Below, one piece after another: positions 30,065-40,536 of a DNA stretch of 64,000 bases. How positions within the stretch are numbered: position 1 is the stretch's first letter; each line of letters opens with the position of its first letter. The DNA is from an uncultured bacterium (GTDB taxonomy: Bacteria > Babelota > Babeliae > Babelales > Vermiphilaceae), in assembly GCA_963701085.1 (NCBI GenBank), contig OY969561.1, positions 864,001 through 928,000 of the forward strand, written 5' to 3'. Made by a program: the position numbers and the translations under genes. A model generated the notes under the pieces. It ran no database searches. It was given only the letters and a program-made list of their open reading frames with translations, and was not told the origin of the DNA.

Positions 30065-30322
30065 CTACTTCAGAGGGAGAACAGAGACGTATTTACGACC
30101 TTTTGGACCAAAATGAAATTTAATCACGCCAGGAGCTGTAACAAACAAGGTGTCATCACCACCGCGAAGAACTTGTTTGCCTGGATGAATATGAGTTCCG
30201 CGTTGACGAACGATAATTTCGCCACCAAAAACTTTATGACCGTCAAATATTTTACAACCTAACCGTTTACTATGACTCTCACGATTATTCTGGGTACTGC
30301 CGCCGGATTTACTCGTTGCCAT
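30065..30322 (-). CDS. rpmA: 50S ribosomal protein L27
   Basis: MATSKSGGSTQN.RES.SKRLG, IIVRQRGT, GGDDTLF. Confidence 0.95.
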   Translation of the reverse strand: MATSKSGGSTQNNRESHSKRLGCKIFDGHKVFGGEIIVRQRGTHIHPGKQVLRGGDDTLFVTAPGVIKFHFGPKGRKYVSVLPLK

Positions 30323-30632
30323 TGGGTATGTCCTTCAAAAAATTGAATTTATTATTTTTGCTGAATGTTTTTACCCCATTTCTATCGGGGCCCTCATCGA
30401 AAAGCCTGTCCGACGAAGTTTTAACAAAGTCGGGAAACTGAAGATGAGATATAAAAAGATCAATCTATATATAGAAATAATGTCCTATATTTGGTCAAAT
30501 GTCAACCTTAGCCTCCTGCATATATCTCTTATACAAGACCTCTCCACGTGACCCTCTTTTGATTAAAAACAAGGGATATGCTACACTAATTACTAAAATA
30601 TTACTTTATCATTTAACCTTTTTTGGATTATT

Positions 30633-31235
30633 ATGCTTAAAAAATTATGCTTATCCACAACCTTTATTGCACTATCCTTTGCCTCAACATATGCTTCTAC
30701 CGATAGAATTGTCGCTATTCAAGACAGCCTTGTGCATATTGCTCAAGCAAAAAAGGACATTAACACTGAAAAAGAGACAGTAATCTCTCTCAACAAAAGC
30801 GCACAAGAGTATATAGATGACAAACATCTTGGTCATATGATCGACGTTATTCATTATGAAGAATTAAAAAAGGAAATCCACTCGATTCTTGATCAAATCA
30901 CCTCAAATGATGAGTTTATCAATACAATTAACTATCTCACTGATTTTCAAATAACATGCATCGTTGATAAACATATGACTTATAATGATATTGAGTATAC
31001 TCCTGAATCATACCCCTTAGAACAAAAATCACTGATGCAAACAATAGATACAGCTATTGCAAGTTCTTCTATCCCATCACATACAGATGGTGAATTACTT
31101 TTTAATATATATTATCTCCAAGCTACCCAAAACCTTGGCTACAAACTCCTTCTTGAAAAACTTACTCTTAAAAAACAAGAACTTATTACAGAAATTGCAG
31201 CATTGGAAGCGGTAAATCAAACAATCAACGAATAA
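30633..31235 (+). CDS. Hypothetical secreted helical protein
   Basis: Signal peptide ending TYA; weak resemblance to next ORF (I..I...D.F...). Confidence 0.6.
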   Translation: MLKKLCLSTTFIALSFASTYASTDRIVAIQDSLVHIAQAKKDINTEKETVISLNKSAQEYIDDKHLGHMIDVIHYEELKKEIHSILDQITSNDEFINTINYLTDFQITCIVDKHMTYNDIEYTPESYPLEQKSLMQTIDTAIASSSIPSHTDGELLFNIYYLQATQNLGYKLLLEKLTLKKQELITEIAALEAVNQTINE

Positions 31236-31342
31236 TAAACCAGCTCTTTATTGACAAATAGAAATCGATTATGCTACTTTTATGGTAGAAATAAAAACCT
31301 ACCCGTATTAAGTAGGTTCTAACCGCAAAACGTTAATAAGGA

Positions 31343-31891
31343 GTGGCTATGTTTAAAAAAATATACCTTTTCTCAGCACTTTCACTTGCAGCAATAGCGT
31401 CAGTACAAGCTATGTCGACTACCGATATTGCAAGTCTTACGGTCCAATTGAACAACATAAGCACTCAAATGAATGCTATTAAACGAGCGTGGAACACAGA
31501 GCGTGCACACATAAAAATGGCGGAAAAGGCGTCAACAACGCTTTATGCTTCAGTTAAACCAATCATTGAAAAAATTATAGCAAGTGATGATTTTACCTCA
31601 AAAATGAATACTGTTGTGGATATGCAATTTGATGCCATCATCAACAATAATACGCCATTTGGTACGATGAAAGCTGCAAATAACTTATCTGACTTCTTCC
31701 CCAACCTCACCATGAGTGAATATGGGCGCAAACTTTACTCAGCCATGGCAAATAAAGCATATTGCCGACGTTTAGGGGAAAGATTGGCAGAAAAAAGTCG
31801 TGACATTGCTGCGGCTATTAAATCTGCACAGCAAGCAACAGATACCCAACAAGCTCCTGCTAGCCAAGAAATTGGCCAATCAGTTATGTAA
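31343..31891 (+). CDS. Hypothetical secreted helical protein
   Basis: aggag RBS; signal ends VQAM; TTGACA at ~31250 upstream. Confidence 0.65.
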   Translation: MAMFKKIYLFSALSLAAIASVQAMSTTDIASLTVQLNNISTQMNAIKRAWNTERAHIKMAEKASTTLYASVKPIIEKIIASDDFTSKMNTVVDMQFDAIINNNTPFGTMKAANNLSDFFPNLTMSEYGRKLYSAMANKAYCRRLGERLAEKSRDIAAAIKSAQQATDTQQAPASQEIGQSVM

Positions 31892-31961
31892 CTTACAAAC
31901 TTTACTTGAAATTCCCTCACTGTCCCTGTTAGTTTATTAAACATAAAAAAGGGTATCATAT

Positions 31962-32501
31962 ATGCTCAAAAAATTATTATATATACCAATCATCTTTTAT
32001 ACATCACTCGAGGGAACCATGAAGCTCACCAGCCCCGCCTTTTCTCATAATGAAGCAATCCCCGCGCAATATACCTGCGAAGGTGCCGATATTTCACCGG
32101 CATTGCAATGGACTACTCCCCCAAAAGATACTAAAAGTTTTGCCCTTATCGTTGATGATCCTGATGCACCGGGTAAAGTATGGGTACATTGGATATTATT
32201 CAATATTCCCGCTAACGTGGATACTATAGCAGAAAACATGCCATCCAGTTCTTTTACTCCCTACTCCGCACAAGGCTTCGAAGGGCCTCGGCAAGGCGCA
32301 ACTGATTTTAACGGCGCACAACACTATGGCGGCCCCTGCCCACCAAGCGGCAATCATCGCTACCATTTCACCCTCTACGCTCTGGATACCATGCTTGATT
32401 TACCAGCAGGAGCAAGTAAACGACAACTTCTTGCCGCTATGCGCAACCACATTCTTGAAGAAACAACCCTCATTGGAACTTACCAACACAAAAATAAATA
32501 A
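31962..32501 (+). CDS. YbhB/YbcL family (PEBP/RKIP-like) protein
   Basis: SPALQW, ALIVDDPDAP, WVHW, YGGPCPP, HRYHFTLYALD. Confidence 0.92.
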   Translation: MLKKLLYIPIIFYTSLEGTMKLTSPAFSHNEAIPAQYTCEGADISPALQWTTPPKDTKSFALIVDDPDAPGKVWVHWILFNIPANVDTIAENMPSSSFTPYSAQGFEGPRQGATDFNGAQHYGGPCPPSGNHRYHFTLYALDTMLDLPAGASKRQLLAAMRNHILEETTLIGTYQHKNK

Positions 32502-32530
32502 AAGAAGCCTCAAAAATAGGGCTCGTATTT

Positions 32531-35260
32531 TTACTCAGTCACTGCTTTCCAATCAACACCACTGCACGTACTCACTTCAAGTGGCACACTCCATTGCACC
32601 ACCGATTCTAATACACGCTTCACTAACGCTTCAACAGCAGCTGCATCTTTTTCAGGAGCAGAGATAATTAACTCATCATGAATTTGTAATACTATGCAAC
32701 TTTCTGCATATTGCGCTAATAATTCTTTACGCACCGCAATCATACCCAACTTCATAATTTCTGCGGCAGTACCTTGCGCAACGGTGTTAATTGCTATGCG
32801 GCATGCTTCTTCATACATTGTGCGATTTTTTTCATAAATAGTTGGGATATAACGGCGACGTCCCCAGTATGTTTCCACATACTCATGCTTTTTTGCAAAT
32901 TCAATTATCGATTCCATCCATGCTGAAACGTGGGGATATTGCTCAAAATAACGTTCAATATATTTTTTTGCATCTTTAAACGGAATACCTAAATCTTTTG
33001 ATAATCCGTACGGTGTCATTCCATACAACACACTAAAATTAATACGTTTACCAAGTTGACGTTGCTCATGCGTTACATTTTTAAGCTCAACATCAAATAA
33101 ACGTGCTGCTGTTTCTGTGTGAATATCATGTCCTTGTAAAAACGCATTCAACAAATTCGTGTCTTGCGATAAGTACGCAAGCACGCGCAACTCAATTTGT
33201 GAGTAATCAGCAGAGATAAACAAACGTCCAGCCCCAGCTTTGAATGCAGCACGCACTTCTATGCCATAACCAGTGCCATCCGCAGGAATGTTTTGCAAAT
33301 TAGGATTGGAGCTCGCAAGACGCCCCGTTGCGACTGATGTTTGACTAAATGTTGTATGTAAACGATGCGTATTTTTATTCACGTAGGTTGGCAATGCATC
33401 AATATACGTATTTTTTAATTTTGTTAACTCACGATATTTAATAATCAATGCAGGGATGGGATGCAACGCAGCAAGTATTTTTAGCACCTCTGCATCCGTT
33501 GAATATTTCCCCGTAGGACTCTTTTTTTGTGGTGGCAATTGCAACACACTAAACAACAAATATTCCATCTGACTTGGTGAATTCAGGTTAATTGTTTCTT
33601 TACCAACAACTTGCGCGATCGCTGATTCAATCGTACTGATATCAACAACAACTTTTTTATCAAGCTCATGCAAAAAATCAACATCAAGATTAACACCCTC
33701 TTTTTCCATCTCATACAATACTTCAATTAACGGATGCTCAATATGTGCGTATAAATCATGTATTTTTGGATCTTTTTTAAATGCATCTTCAATCACCGCA
33801 ACCAGGCGAAATGTTTGGTATGAATCAGCGCATGAATAAAGTGCTGCTAAGTCATGAGGAACAAAAGAAAAATCTTTATATTTGTTAGATTTAACGACAT
33901 CATCGAACGTCAGCATTTCTTCATTAAAAAAAGAGTGTGATAATTTTTTTAAACTTGCACTCTGCCACTCTTTAATAATAAGATTTGCACCAATCAATGT
34001 ATCAAGTGCAATGCCAGCAAGTTCGATACCATGCGTTGTTAACACAAGCTGATCATACTTTGCATTGTGCAAATATTTTTTATACTGCGTACTTTCCAAA
34101 ATTGGTTTTAACGCTGCAATAACTTCAGTGCATGGCAATTGCAGTTCATCAGTTTTATGTCCACAAGGAATGTAATATGCACTCTGCTCATCCAAACAAA
34201 ATGACACCCCAACCAACTCAACTTCCAATGCTTGCAACCCCGTTGTTTCAGTATCAACAGCAAATGCACCTTTGTTTTTTAGATGCTCACACAATTCATG
34301 CAATTGCTGCGTTGTGGTAATAGTGGTAAAATTGTGCTTTCTCCAATAATCAATCTTATCTTGCACATCGTTCGCACGCTCTTGTTTGGTTTCTCCCGCA
34401 CCAGCAGTGAGTGATTTAAAACCAAGCTCTTCAAACAATGGTCGTGCATTATTCCAGCCACGCGGATCAAAAAACAATTGCTCGGGCGTTAAATTGAGTT
34501 GATCATATTGCAGTAAAAAAAGCTGAAAGCTTAAAAATGCATTGTCTTTGTTGGTGAGCAATGCAGTTTTTACGCCAGCTTTTTTAATTTCATTAATGCG
34601 TGCATACATATCTTCCAGTGAATCAAACTGGTTAACCAAATCCACCGCAGTTTTTTTACCAATGCCGCGTACACCCGGAATATTATCAGAGCTATCACCA
34701 AGAAGTGCAAAATAAAATGGCATCTTTTCTACGGAAAATCCCATCTTTTGTTGCACTTGCGCAGCATCAGAGAATTGTTCTTTAAAAGCATCCAATAGAT
34801 ATATATTTTGTCCGAGCGTCAGTGCCTGGCCCATATCTTTATCAAGCGTTACAAACACAACGGCTTTATCTGGCTCATCAGTCATCCAATCTTTTGCCAA
34901 TGAGTACATCAAATCATCCGCTTCAATGCCAACCTGTGCAACCTGCGGCATACCAATCATTTCCGCAAACTGCAGTATATATTCTTTTTGATCAAACAAA
35001 TCACTTGGTGGTGCTTGGCGCGTAGCTTTATACGCAGGAAACATCTCATGACGTGTTGTTTTACCTTTACTATCCCACACCAATACAACATATTCCGGCC
35101 CATATACATCAATCAATTTTTTAATCATGCGGCAAAAACTAAAAACCGCTTGCACGGCAACACCTGATGGTGAGTGCAATGGTTTAAGGCCATAATATGC
35201 GCGGTATAAAAATGATGAACCATCAATAAGAAAGAGTGTTTTTTTAGGATCAAAATTCAT
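32531..35260 (-). CDS. polA: DNA polymerase I
   Basis: LIDGSSFLYRAYY, YKATR, GDSSDNIPGV, DTETTG, TGRLASSNPNLQNIP, ADYSQIELR, QIHDE. Confidence 0.97.
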   Translation of the reverse strand: MNFDPKKTLFLIDGSSFLYRAYYGLKPLHSPSGVAVQAVFSFCRMIKKLIDVYGPEYVVLVWDSKGKTTRHEMFPAYKATRQAPPSDLFDQKEYILQFAEMIGMPQVAQVGIEADDLMYSLAKDWMTDEPDKAVVFVTLDKDMGQALTLGQNIYLLDAFKEQFSDAAQVQQKMGFSVEKMPFYFALLGDSSDNIPGVRGIGKKTAVDLVNQFDSLEDMYARINEIKKAGVKTALLTNKDNAFLSFQLFLLQYDQLNLTPEQLFFDPRGWNNARPLFEELGFKSLTAGAGETKQERANDVQDKIDYWRKHNFTTITTTQQLHELCEHLKNKGAFAVDTETTGLQALEVELVGVSFCLDEQSAYYIPCGHKTDELQLPCTEVIAALKPILESTQYKKYLHNAKYDQLVLTTHGIELAGIALDTLIGANLIIKEWQSASLKKLSHSFFNEEMLTFDDVVKSNKYKDFSFVPHDLAALYSCADSYQTFRLVAVIEDAFKKDPKIHDLYAHIEHPLIEVLYEMEKEGVNLDVDFLHELDKKVVVDISTIESAIAQVVGKETINLNSPSQMEYLLFSVLQLPPQKKSPTGKYSTDAEVLKILAALHPIPALIIKYRELTKLKNTYIDALPTYVNKNTHRLHTTFSQTSVATGRLASSNPNLQNIPADGTGYGIEVRAAFKAGAGRLFISADYSQIELRVLAYLSQDTNLLNAFLQGHDIHTETAARLFDVELKNVTHEQRQLGKRINFSVLYGMTPYGLSKDLGIPFKDAKKYIERYFEQYPHVSAWMESIIEFAKKHEYVETYWGRRRYIPTIYEKNRTMYEEACRIAINTVAQGTAAEIMKLGMIAVRKELLAQYAESCIVLQIHDELIISAPEKDAAAVEALVKRVLESVVQWSVPLEVSTCSGVDWKAVTE

Positions 35261-35349
35261 AAATTAACCTATCTAATCAGTTAAGTTTTTATTACTATAA
35301 AAGTGTATTATTATTAATCAGTTTAATCCGTTTATCAGAAAGGTACATA

Positions 35350-36318
35350 ATGAAAAAAATGGCGCAACTTCTTGCTCTCTCAGTCACGCTCTGCAGTAGT
35401 CATAATACATTAACTATGGAGTCACAACCAAACACCCATCTTCTTGTTATCCCAGGACAAAATGGCATGGGTGGTCAAAACGTGGATAAAGTTTTACCAT
35501 ACTTTTCACAACATAACCGTAAACATCTCATTCCAACCCCTCTGCAAAAGCCGGATTTTGGACAAACAACCTGTCAAAATTATCTTAAAGAAGCATTAGA
35601 CATCCTTAAAGATGCAGGCGTTATTCGTAACAATGATCACCTTATTCTCCATGGATCATCGCAAGGAACCGCGACAACCATAAATTATGCTGCTAACAAT
35701 CCAACAAACATTAAAGCTCTTATTCTAGAAAGTGTGATGCTTACCGGCAATAGTGCCATATTCCACACCGTTGATAATATGATGATACCAGAATCATGTG
35801 ACCTACCAGATAGCAGCTATTACACATTACCTTACACAGCAAAGGTTATGTATTCAAATTATTCACCCACTGGTGAACAACCAATCAACAATATTGATAA
35901 ATTACCCAATGATTTACCAATCATAATTTTACACGACACTCAAGATTTCCAACTATCTTTTAAAGACGCACAAGCATTGTATGCTTATTTAACAAGCGTG
36001 AGAAAAAATGAAAATGTGTATCTTTTTGCTCAAGAAAGTCAACGAGGTGAACATATTAACTTATTAAAAAAAAACAATGAGCAAGAAATAAGTGCTATCA
36101 ATACCATTTTGATATTACATAACCTATTACCATTTGGTCGCAACCAAAAAATAATTAATTTAGAAAAATATCAACCTGAAGTGCAACTAGAATGGCTTGA
36201 TCATTTTGAAGCAATGCGCAATAAAGAACAGAACTTGGAATGCATCGATAGTTCAGTCAAAGTAACGAGCACAAGTTTTGGACTGTATGCATTAGGAAAA
36301 TGGTTGGGGATTATATAA
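35350..36318 (+). CDS. Secreted alpha/beta hydrolase
   Basis: IPGQNG oxyanion region, HGSSQG nucleophile elbow, LHDTQD, distal His (GEH). Confidence 0.7.
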   Translation: MKKMAQLLALSVTLCSSHNTLTMESQPNTHLLVIPGQNGMGGQNVDKVLPYFSQHNRKHLIPTPLQKPDFGQTTCQNYLKEALDILKDAGVIRNNDHLILHGSSQGTATTINYAANNPTNIKALILESVMLTGNSAIFHTVDNMMIPESCDLPDSSYYTLPYTAKVMYSNYSPTGEQPINNIDKLPNDLPIIILHDTQDFQLSFKDAQALYAYLTSVRKNENVYLFAQESQRGEHINLLKKNNEQEISAINTILILHNLLPFGRNQKIINLEKYQPEVQLEWLDHFEAMRNKEQNLECIDSSVKVTSTSFGLYALGKWLGII

Positions 36319-36462
36319 TCCTTCGACCCAGCCTTCGTTAAAACTTCGGCGGGCATGCAAAGTCCGCCATAGCCTTGGCGACGGCGGATACAAACTTTCT
36401 TAAAAAACCGGAATTTTCATTCCGGGTTTTTTTACTATACTCAACGTACTAAAAAATATTAC

Positions 36463-36867
36463 TTAACGGAGTTCAGGAACCTCACCATTGTCATCAAAGT
36501 CCTGAATTTTTACAAAAAAATTATTTTTTTTATTAGCTTTAACAAGCGGGGTAATAGTTGCTATAAACGCTTCCCCTTTTAAATGATATGGTACTTTTAC
36601 TGTTTTATTTCCATTAAAAGCATCATCAAATCCTTTTTGAACAGCATCTTTATCATGTTTATTCAAAGACACTATATCAATAATATTTTTTCCTATAAAC
36701 GCCTCTGGCGGCATATCAAACCCCATGTTCTCTGCTGAATAACCTTTGATGCAACAATTATGCTTACAAAGAAAATTTAAACGTGCTGTATTCTTTTCCA
36801 TGCTCATCAAAGACCCGGTTGCACATACCGCGACTAATGACGCTAATAATAAATTTGATTTCATCAT
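36463..36867 (-). CDS. Small secreted protein, possibly PAS-like
   Basis: Signal peptide; PEAFIGKNIIDI segment resembles PAS folds. Confidence 0.5.
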   Translation of the reverse strand: MMKSNLLLASLVAVCATGSLMSMEKNTARLNFLCKHNCCIKGYSAENMGFDMPPEAFIGKNIIDIVSLNKHDKDAVQKGFDDAFNGNKTVKVPYHLKGEAFIATITPLVKANKKNNFFVKIQDFDDNGEVPELR

Positions 36868-36935
36868 CCCTCTCCTCTATTTAAATATATCTTATTATCA
36901 AGCAGAATATTACCATGCAACCAAACAACTTGCAA

Positions 36936-37466
36936 CTATACTACCTTGCCTTTAACAGCACACCTAAACTGCTTACCAGCCCCTTCATGCTGCAAAGAAA
37001 CAAGCTTAACGCCAGTAAATAATTCCGATGCAGACAATCTTTTAATAAACACGGTAGCATGTTCCGGCGTTGGACATAACAGCGTAAGTTCACAATCTTT
37101 TTTATTAAACCGCACCGCTTCCAATGATGCACCATCACCACATGCTTGGACAATCGCTGCAACATACTGATGAGGATTTTTTGGCGAATCATTATAATTT
37201 TCTATTTTCTTTATCCTCATCCGCAACGTATCATGCTCAACCGCCAATTCATTTTTGTTCTTGGCGATTTTTTCATAATCTTTTGTTACTTGCCGCAATG
37301 CACTCACCTCTTTTTTGAGCGTTATATATGCCAAAAACTGCGGCACAATAAAATACGCACTCACGAGCACACAACATACAAACAAAAAAAATGTCACCCA
37401 AAACCAACGAGCAATTGCATACTGTTTTTGTGGCGACAATGACGTAATAAAATTAACTTTTTTCAT
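36936..37466 (-). CDS. PilN-like protein
   Basis: VNFI N-terminus, single TM, coiled coil, FIKRLSASELFTGVKL ferredoxin-like C-terminal motif. Confidence 0.7.
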   Translation of the reverse strand: MKKVNFITSLSPQKQYAIARWFWVTFFLFVCCVLVSAYFIVPQFLAYITLKKEVSALRQVTKDYEKIAKNKNELAVEHDTLRMRIKKIENYNDSPKNPHQYVAAIVQACGDGASLEAVRFNKKDCELTLLCPTPEHATVFIKRLSASELFTGVKLVSLQHEGAGKQFRCAVKGKVV

Positions 37467-38207
37467 CTACTCTATCCTTTCAGAACAAAACAAACCCGCG
37501 GCAGCCCCCACCTCCGCTAAAGCGGAGTTTATCCTGAGCTCCGTCGAAGGAGCGGGCAGGGCAGATAAATCCAATGCGCTCATATTTATCATGCGTCGTA
37601 GCATATCAGCCGTTATAAGATCAGCAATATTATTATTGCACCGCATCATATCAACAGCAAGTTGACTACGCCTAAATGCTGTACCAAAAACATGTTGGTA
37701 CACAGATAATAGTGCCATTGTTTGCGTTGTGATGGTAATCAAATTGCACTGCGCAGCAACAGCAAGCATCTCATACTGCAATAATAAAAACCTTGGAACG
37801 CTATAGAGATAAAAAACAAACTGACCATCATCATTCGGGTACAAATACCGATATTCCCACAACAGATTCCGCGCGCTGTTTGCCATACCAAAATCAGTAC
37901 GATGCGGCGTTGATGTTGGCATTGCTACAAACTGCTCCGTAACAGCAGGGCCGTGTAATATAAATGCTATAAATGCATTTTCAAGATTATGTTCTTGTAA
38001 AAAAGACGTGATATGTTTTTTTATAACAGTGGGATTAAAAAGTATAAGGTTGGCAAGTTCAAGATTATCAAGCGGGTACCGTTTATATGCACGTAATACC
38101 AGAGGTGATGTTCCATTATTTGTTTTTTCCAACCAATAACAACTCAAGGCATCTTGAGCTAAAAAAACAGAAACAAGTTTATGTTCAAGTGCTGGAATTG
38201 GCCACAT
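37467..38207 (-). CDS. Divergent PilM-like protein
   Basis: Immediately upstream of pilN-like gene, ends ..AAAGL; contains in-frame palindromic insert near C-terminus. Confidence 0.45.
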   Translation of the reverse strand: MWPIPALEHKLVSVFLAQDALSCYWLEKTNNGTSPLVLRAYKRYPLDNLELANLILFNPTVIKKHITSFLQEHNLENAFIAFILHGPAVTEQFVAMPTSTPHRTDFGMANSARNLLWEYRYLYPNDDGQFVFYLYSVPRFLLLQYEMLAVAAQCNLITITTQTMALLSVYQHVFGTAFRRSQLAVDMMRCNNNIADLITADMLRRMINMSALDLSALPAPSTELRINSALAEVGAAAGLFCSERIE

Positions 38208-39102
38208 AGTCCACTCTCCCGGTAACAAAGCGGTCTTTGCCTTCTAAATCTTTATGCACAAGAACATCGTTATAACGAGCTGCTTCCATAAGATCTCTAA
38301 CAACTGCTCCCTGTGCATAACCAATTTCAATAACTACCTGAGGAATATTTTTATTTTTCATTTCATTATTAGGTTGTATGCATTGCGGCGCCTGCGCAAT
38401 AATCTTTTTAATAATTGCAAGTCCATCATCAGCAGCAACAAGCGCACCATGATCTTCCCAATTTGTCACCATTTTATCAAGTTCAGTAAATTCAGATGGC
38501 GTAATATAGGGAGGGTTGGAGACAATAATATCAAACAGCATGCCACATGGTAGTGATTCAAAAAGATCTGATTTGATAGCAGTAACATTCATCATTTTAT
38601 TATGTTCAATATTTTTTTCTGTTAATTCAAGAGCTGCATCAGCATTATCTGTTGCAACAATGTTTGCGAGCGGTAAATGATGAGCAAGAGCAATGGCAAT
38701 GCATCCTGACCCTGTACACAAATCTAAAATGTTGATTTTTTTATTATCCAAAAGTTGCAGATGTTCAATGATATGTAAACACCACTCTTCTGTTTCTGGA
38801 CGTGGAATAAGCGTTGGTGGTTCAACAAGAATATCACAATCATTAAATGGCACTGATCCAAGAATATATTGCAGCGGCTTTTTATCAACAACAAGCTCGT
38901 GAACCCACCGATCAATCTGCTCTTTTTGTGCATTGCTGAGCATCACGGTATCTTGCGCAATAAGCTCTGTTTTTGTTGTGCTACAAATCGCCTGCAAAAT
39001 CCACCATGCATATTGCTGACACAGTGTATCATCATCATAGCCCTGCGCAATCTTGTGCCGAATATCGTTAATATAGTGCATAACGTCATAATTAGTATTC
39101 AT
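38185..39102 (-). CDS. prmC: Release factor glutamine methyltransferase
   Basis: PLQYILG, LIPRPETE, LDLCTGSGCIA, VSNPPYI, EIGY, KDLEGKDR. Confidence 0.94.
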   Translation of the reverse strand: MNTNYDVMHYINDIRHKIAQGYDDDTLCQQYAWWILQAICSTTKTELIAQDTVMLSNAQKEQIDRWVHELVVDKKPLQYILGSVPFNDCDILVEPPTLIPRPETEEWCLHIIEHLQLLDNKKINILDLCTGSGCIAIALAHHLPLANIVATDNADAALELTEKNIEHNKMMNVTAIKSDLFESLPCGMLFDIIVSNPPYITPSEFTELDKMVTNWEDHGALVAADDGLAIIKKIIAQAPQCIQPNNEMKNKNIPQVVIEIGYAQGAVVRDLMEAARYNDVLVHKDLEGKDRFVTGRVDYVANSST

Positions 39103-39264
39103 GGCAGCCAGTCTAGCACATTTTTATGAGACTCGTGAAGTAGTATAAAAAGGTAAGGCTAATGTTTTTGCTATAAAGTGCACGCAATTGAATATTGTGA
39201 TATAATAACAATTAAAATCCTCAGTATAGGCTGAGGATTTTTCAATTATGTTAAAGGATCTTTC

Positions 39265-40248
39265 GTGAATAACAATCGTGCTATCATTACACTCGGCATT
39301 ATCGCATCACTGCTCATGAGTGCCATTATTATCAAAAAATCTCTCGTTCGTTCACAAAAAACTGCGCAATGGAATATCGCGATCATCCAGACAGCTTCTC
39401 ACCCTGCACTTGATGCCGCGCGTGATGGATTTATCAATGGCCTACAAGACACATTAGGCAATGATATCGGTTTTACAATCCGCAATGGTGAAGGTTCTAT
39501 CAACACACTTTATGCCATTGCACAACAGTTCCATGCACGCCAAGACATTGATGCAATTTATGCAATCGCAACACCTGCTGCTCAAGCAATGGCATCGGTG
39601 GAAAAAGAAAAACCAATAATTATTGCTGCAGTTACCGTGTCACCAGAATTAGGAATAAATTTTGATGGACCCAATATATGTGGCGTCAGCGATATGATTA
39701 ATATACGCGCTGAGATTGAAGCAATGCAGCAGTTACTACCAAACATCAAAACTGTTGGTATTATCTTTACCACTGCTGAAAGCAATTCAGTTGCTACATC
39801 AAAAATAATGGTTACTGAATTAGAACGCGTAGGCTACACTCCCGTAACTATTGGCATAGCATCTGAATCGGATATAGAACCAGCCGTTATGAGTGCACTA
39901 CGTAAAGTTGATGCTCTCATTGCACCAACTGATAACACAATAGCAAATACCATCGCTCTTATTTCTGATTTAGCACGTAAGGCCGAAAAACCACTCATTG
40001 TCAGTGACAATATGCTCGTCAAATATGGTCCATTAATGGCTCGTGGTGTTGATTATCATCAAGCTGGCATTGATGCTGCTCGTATTGCTCTACAACTTTT
40101 AATCAATCATAAAAAACCATATGAGTTGCCCATTTTAGGTGCTGATAGTAAACAAATCTTTGTTAATATGAACACGGCTACCGCATTGAATGTGGAGATT
40201 CCTGCAAAATTAGAAAAATATGTTGTACCTGTTGAAATGATTGAATAA
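39265..40248 (+). CDS. ABC transporter substrate-binding protein (COG2984-like, aromatic amino acid type)
   Basis: IIQ..HPALDAARDGF, IATPAAQ, PTDN, GVDY..G; no permease/ATPase adjacent. Confidence 0.82.
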   Translation: MNNNRAIITLGIIASLLMSAIIIKKSLVRSQKTAQWNIAIIQTASHPALDAARDGFINGLQDTLGNDIGFTIRNGEGSINTLYAIAQQFHARQDIDAIYAIATPAAQAMASVEKEKPIIIAAVTVSPELGINFDGPNICGVSDMINIRAEIEAMQQLLPNIKTVGIIFTTAESNSVATSKIMVTELERVGYTPVTIGIASESDIEPAVMSALRKVDALIAPTDNTIANTIALISDLARKAEKPLIVSDNMLVKYGPLMARGVDYHQAGIDAARIALQLLINHKKPYELPILGADSKQIFVNMNTATALNVEIPAKLEKYVVPVEMIE

Positions 40249-40296
40249 ACAACATGAGTTCAATCTAAAAAAAGTTAAAAAAAATCATCTAGTCTT

Positions 40297-40496
40297 GCGC
40301 GCTCGTCGAGCTATCTCCCATCTTCATTCTTTCGATGGGGACCCCAATTGGAATAAAGTGAAAATTGGGGCTAAAGGATATCTTAGAGTGCGCTCATTCT
40401 TTTTGATTATTTTAATTACCCTTTAATAATAAGAACTTTGTTGTATTATTATGAATGCGCTCGAGGAAACCCTTCAACAAGTTCAGGGCGAGCCGG
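40297..40496. repeat. Composite palindromic element with nested catcttcattctttcgatggggacccc sub-element
   Basis: Same nested insert at the same arm position as at ~1483-1540. Confidence 0.7.
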
Positions 40497-40536
40497 GAAG
40501 GCAATTTAATATTTTTCGATTTTAATAATCTCAGGA

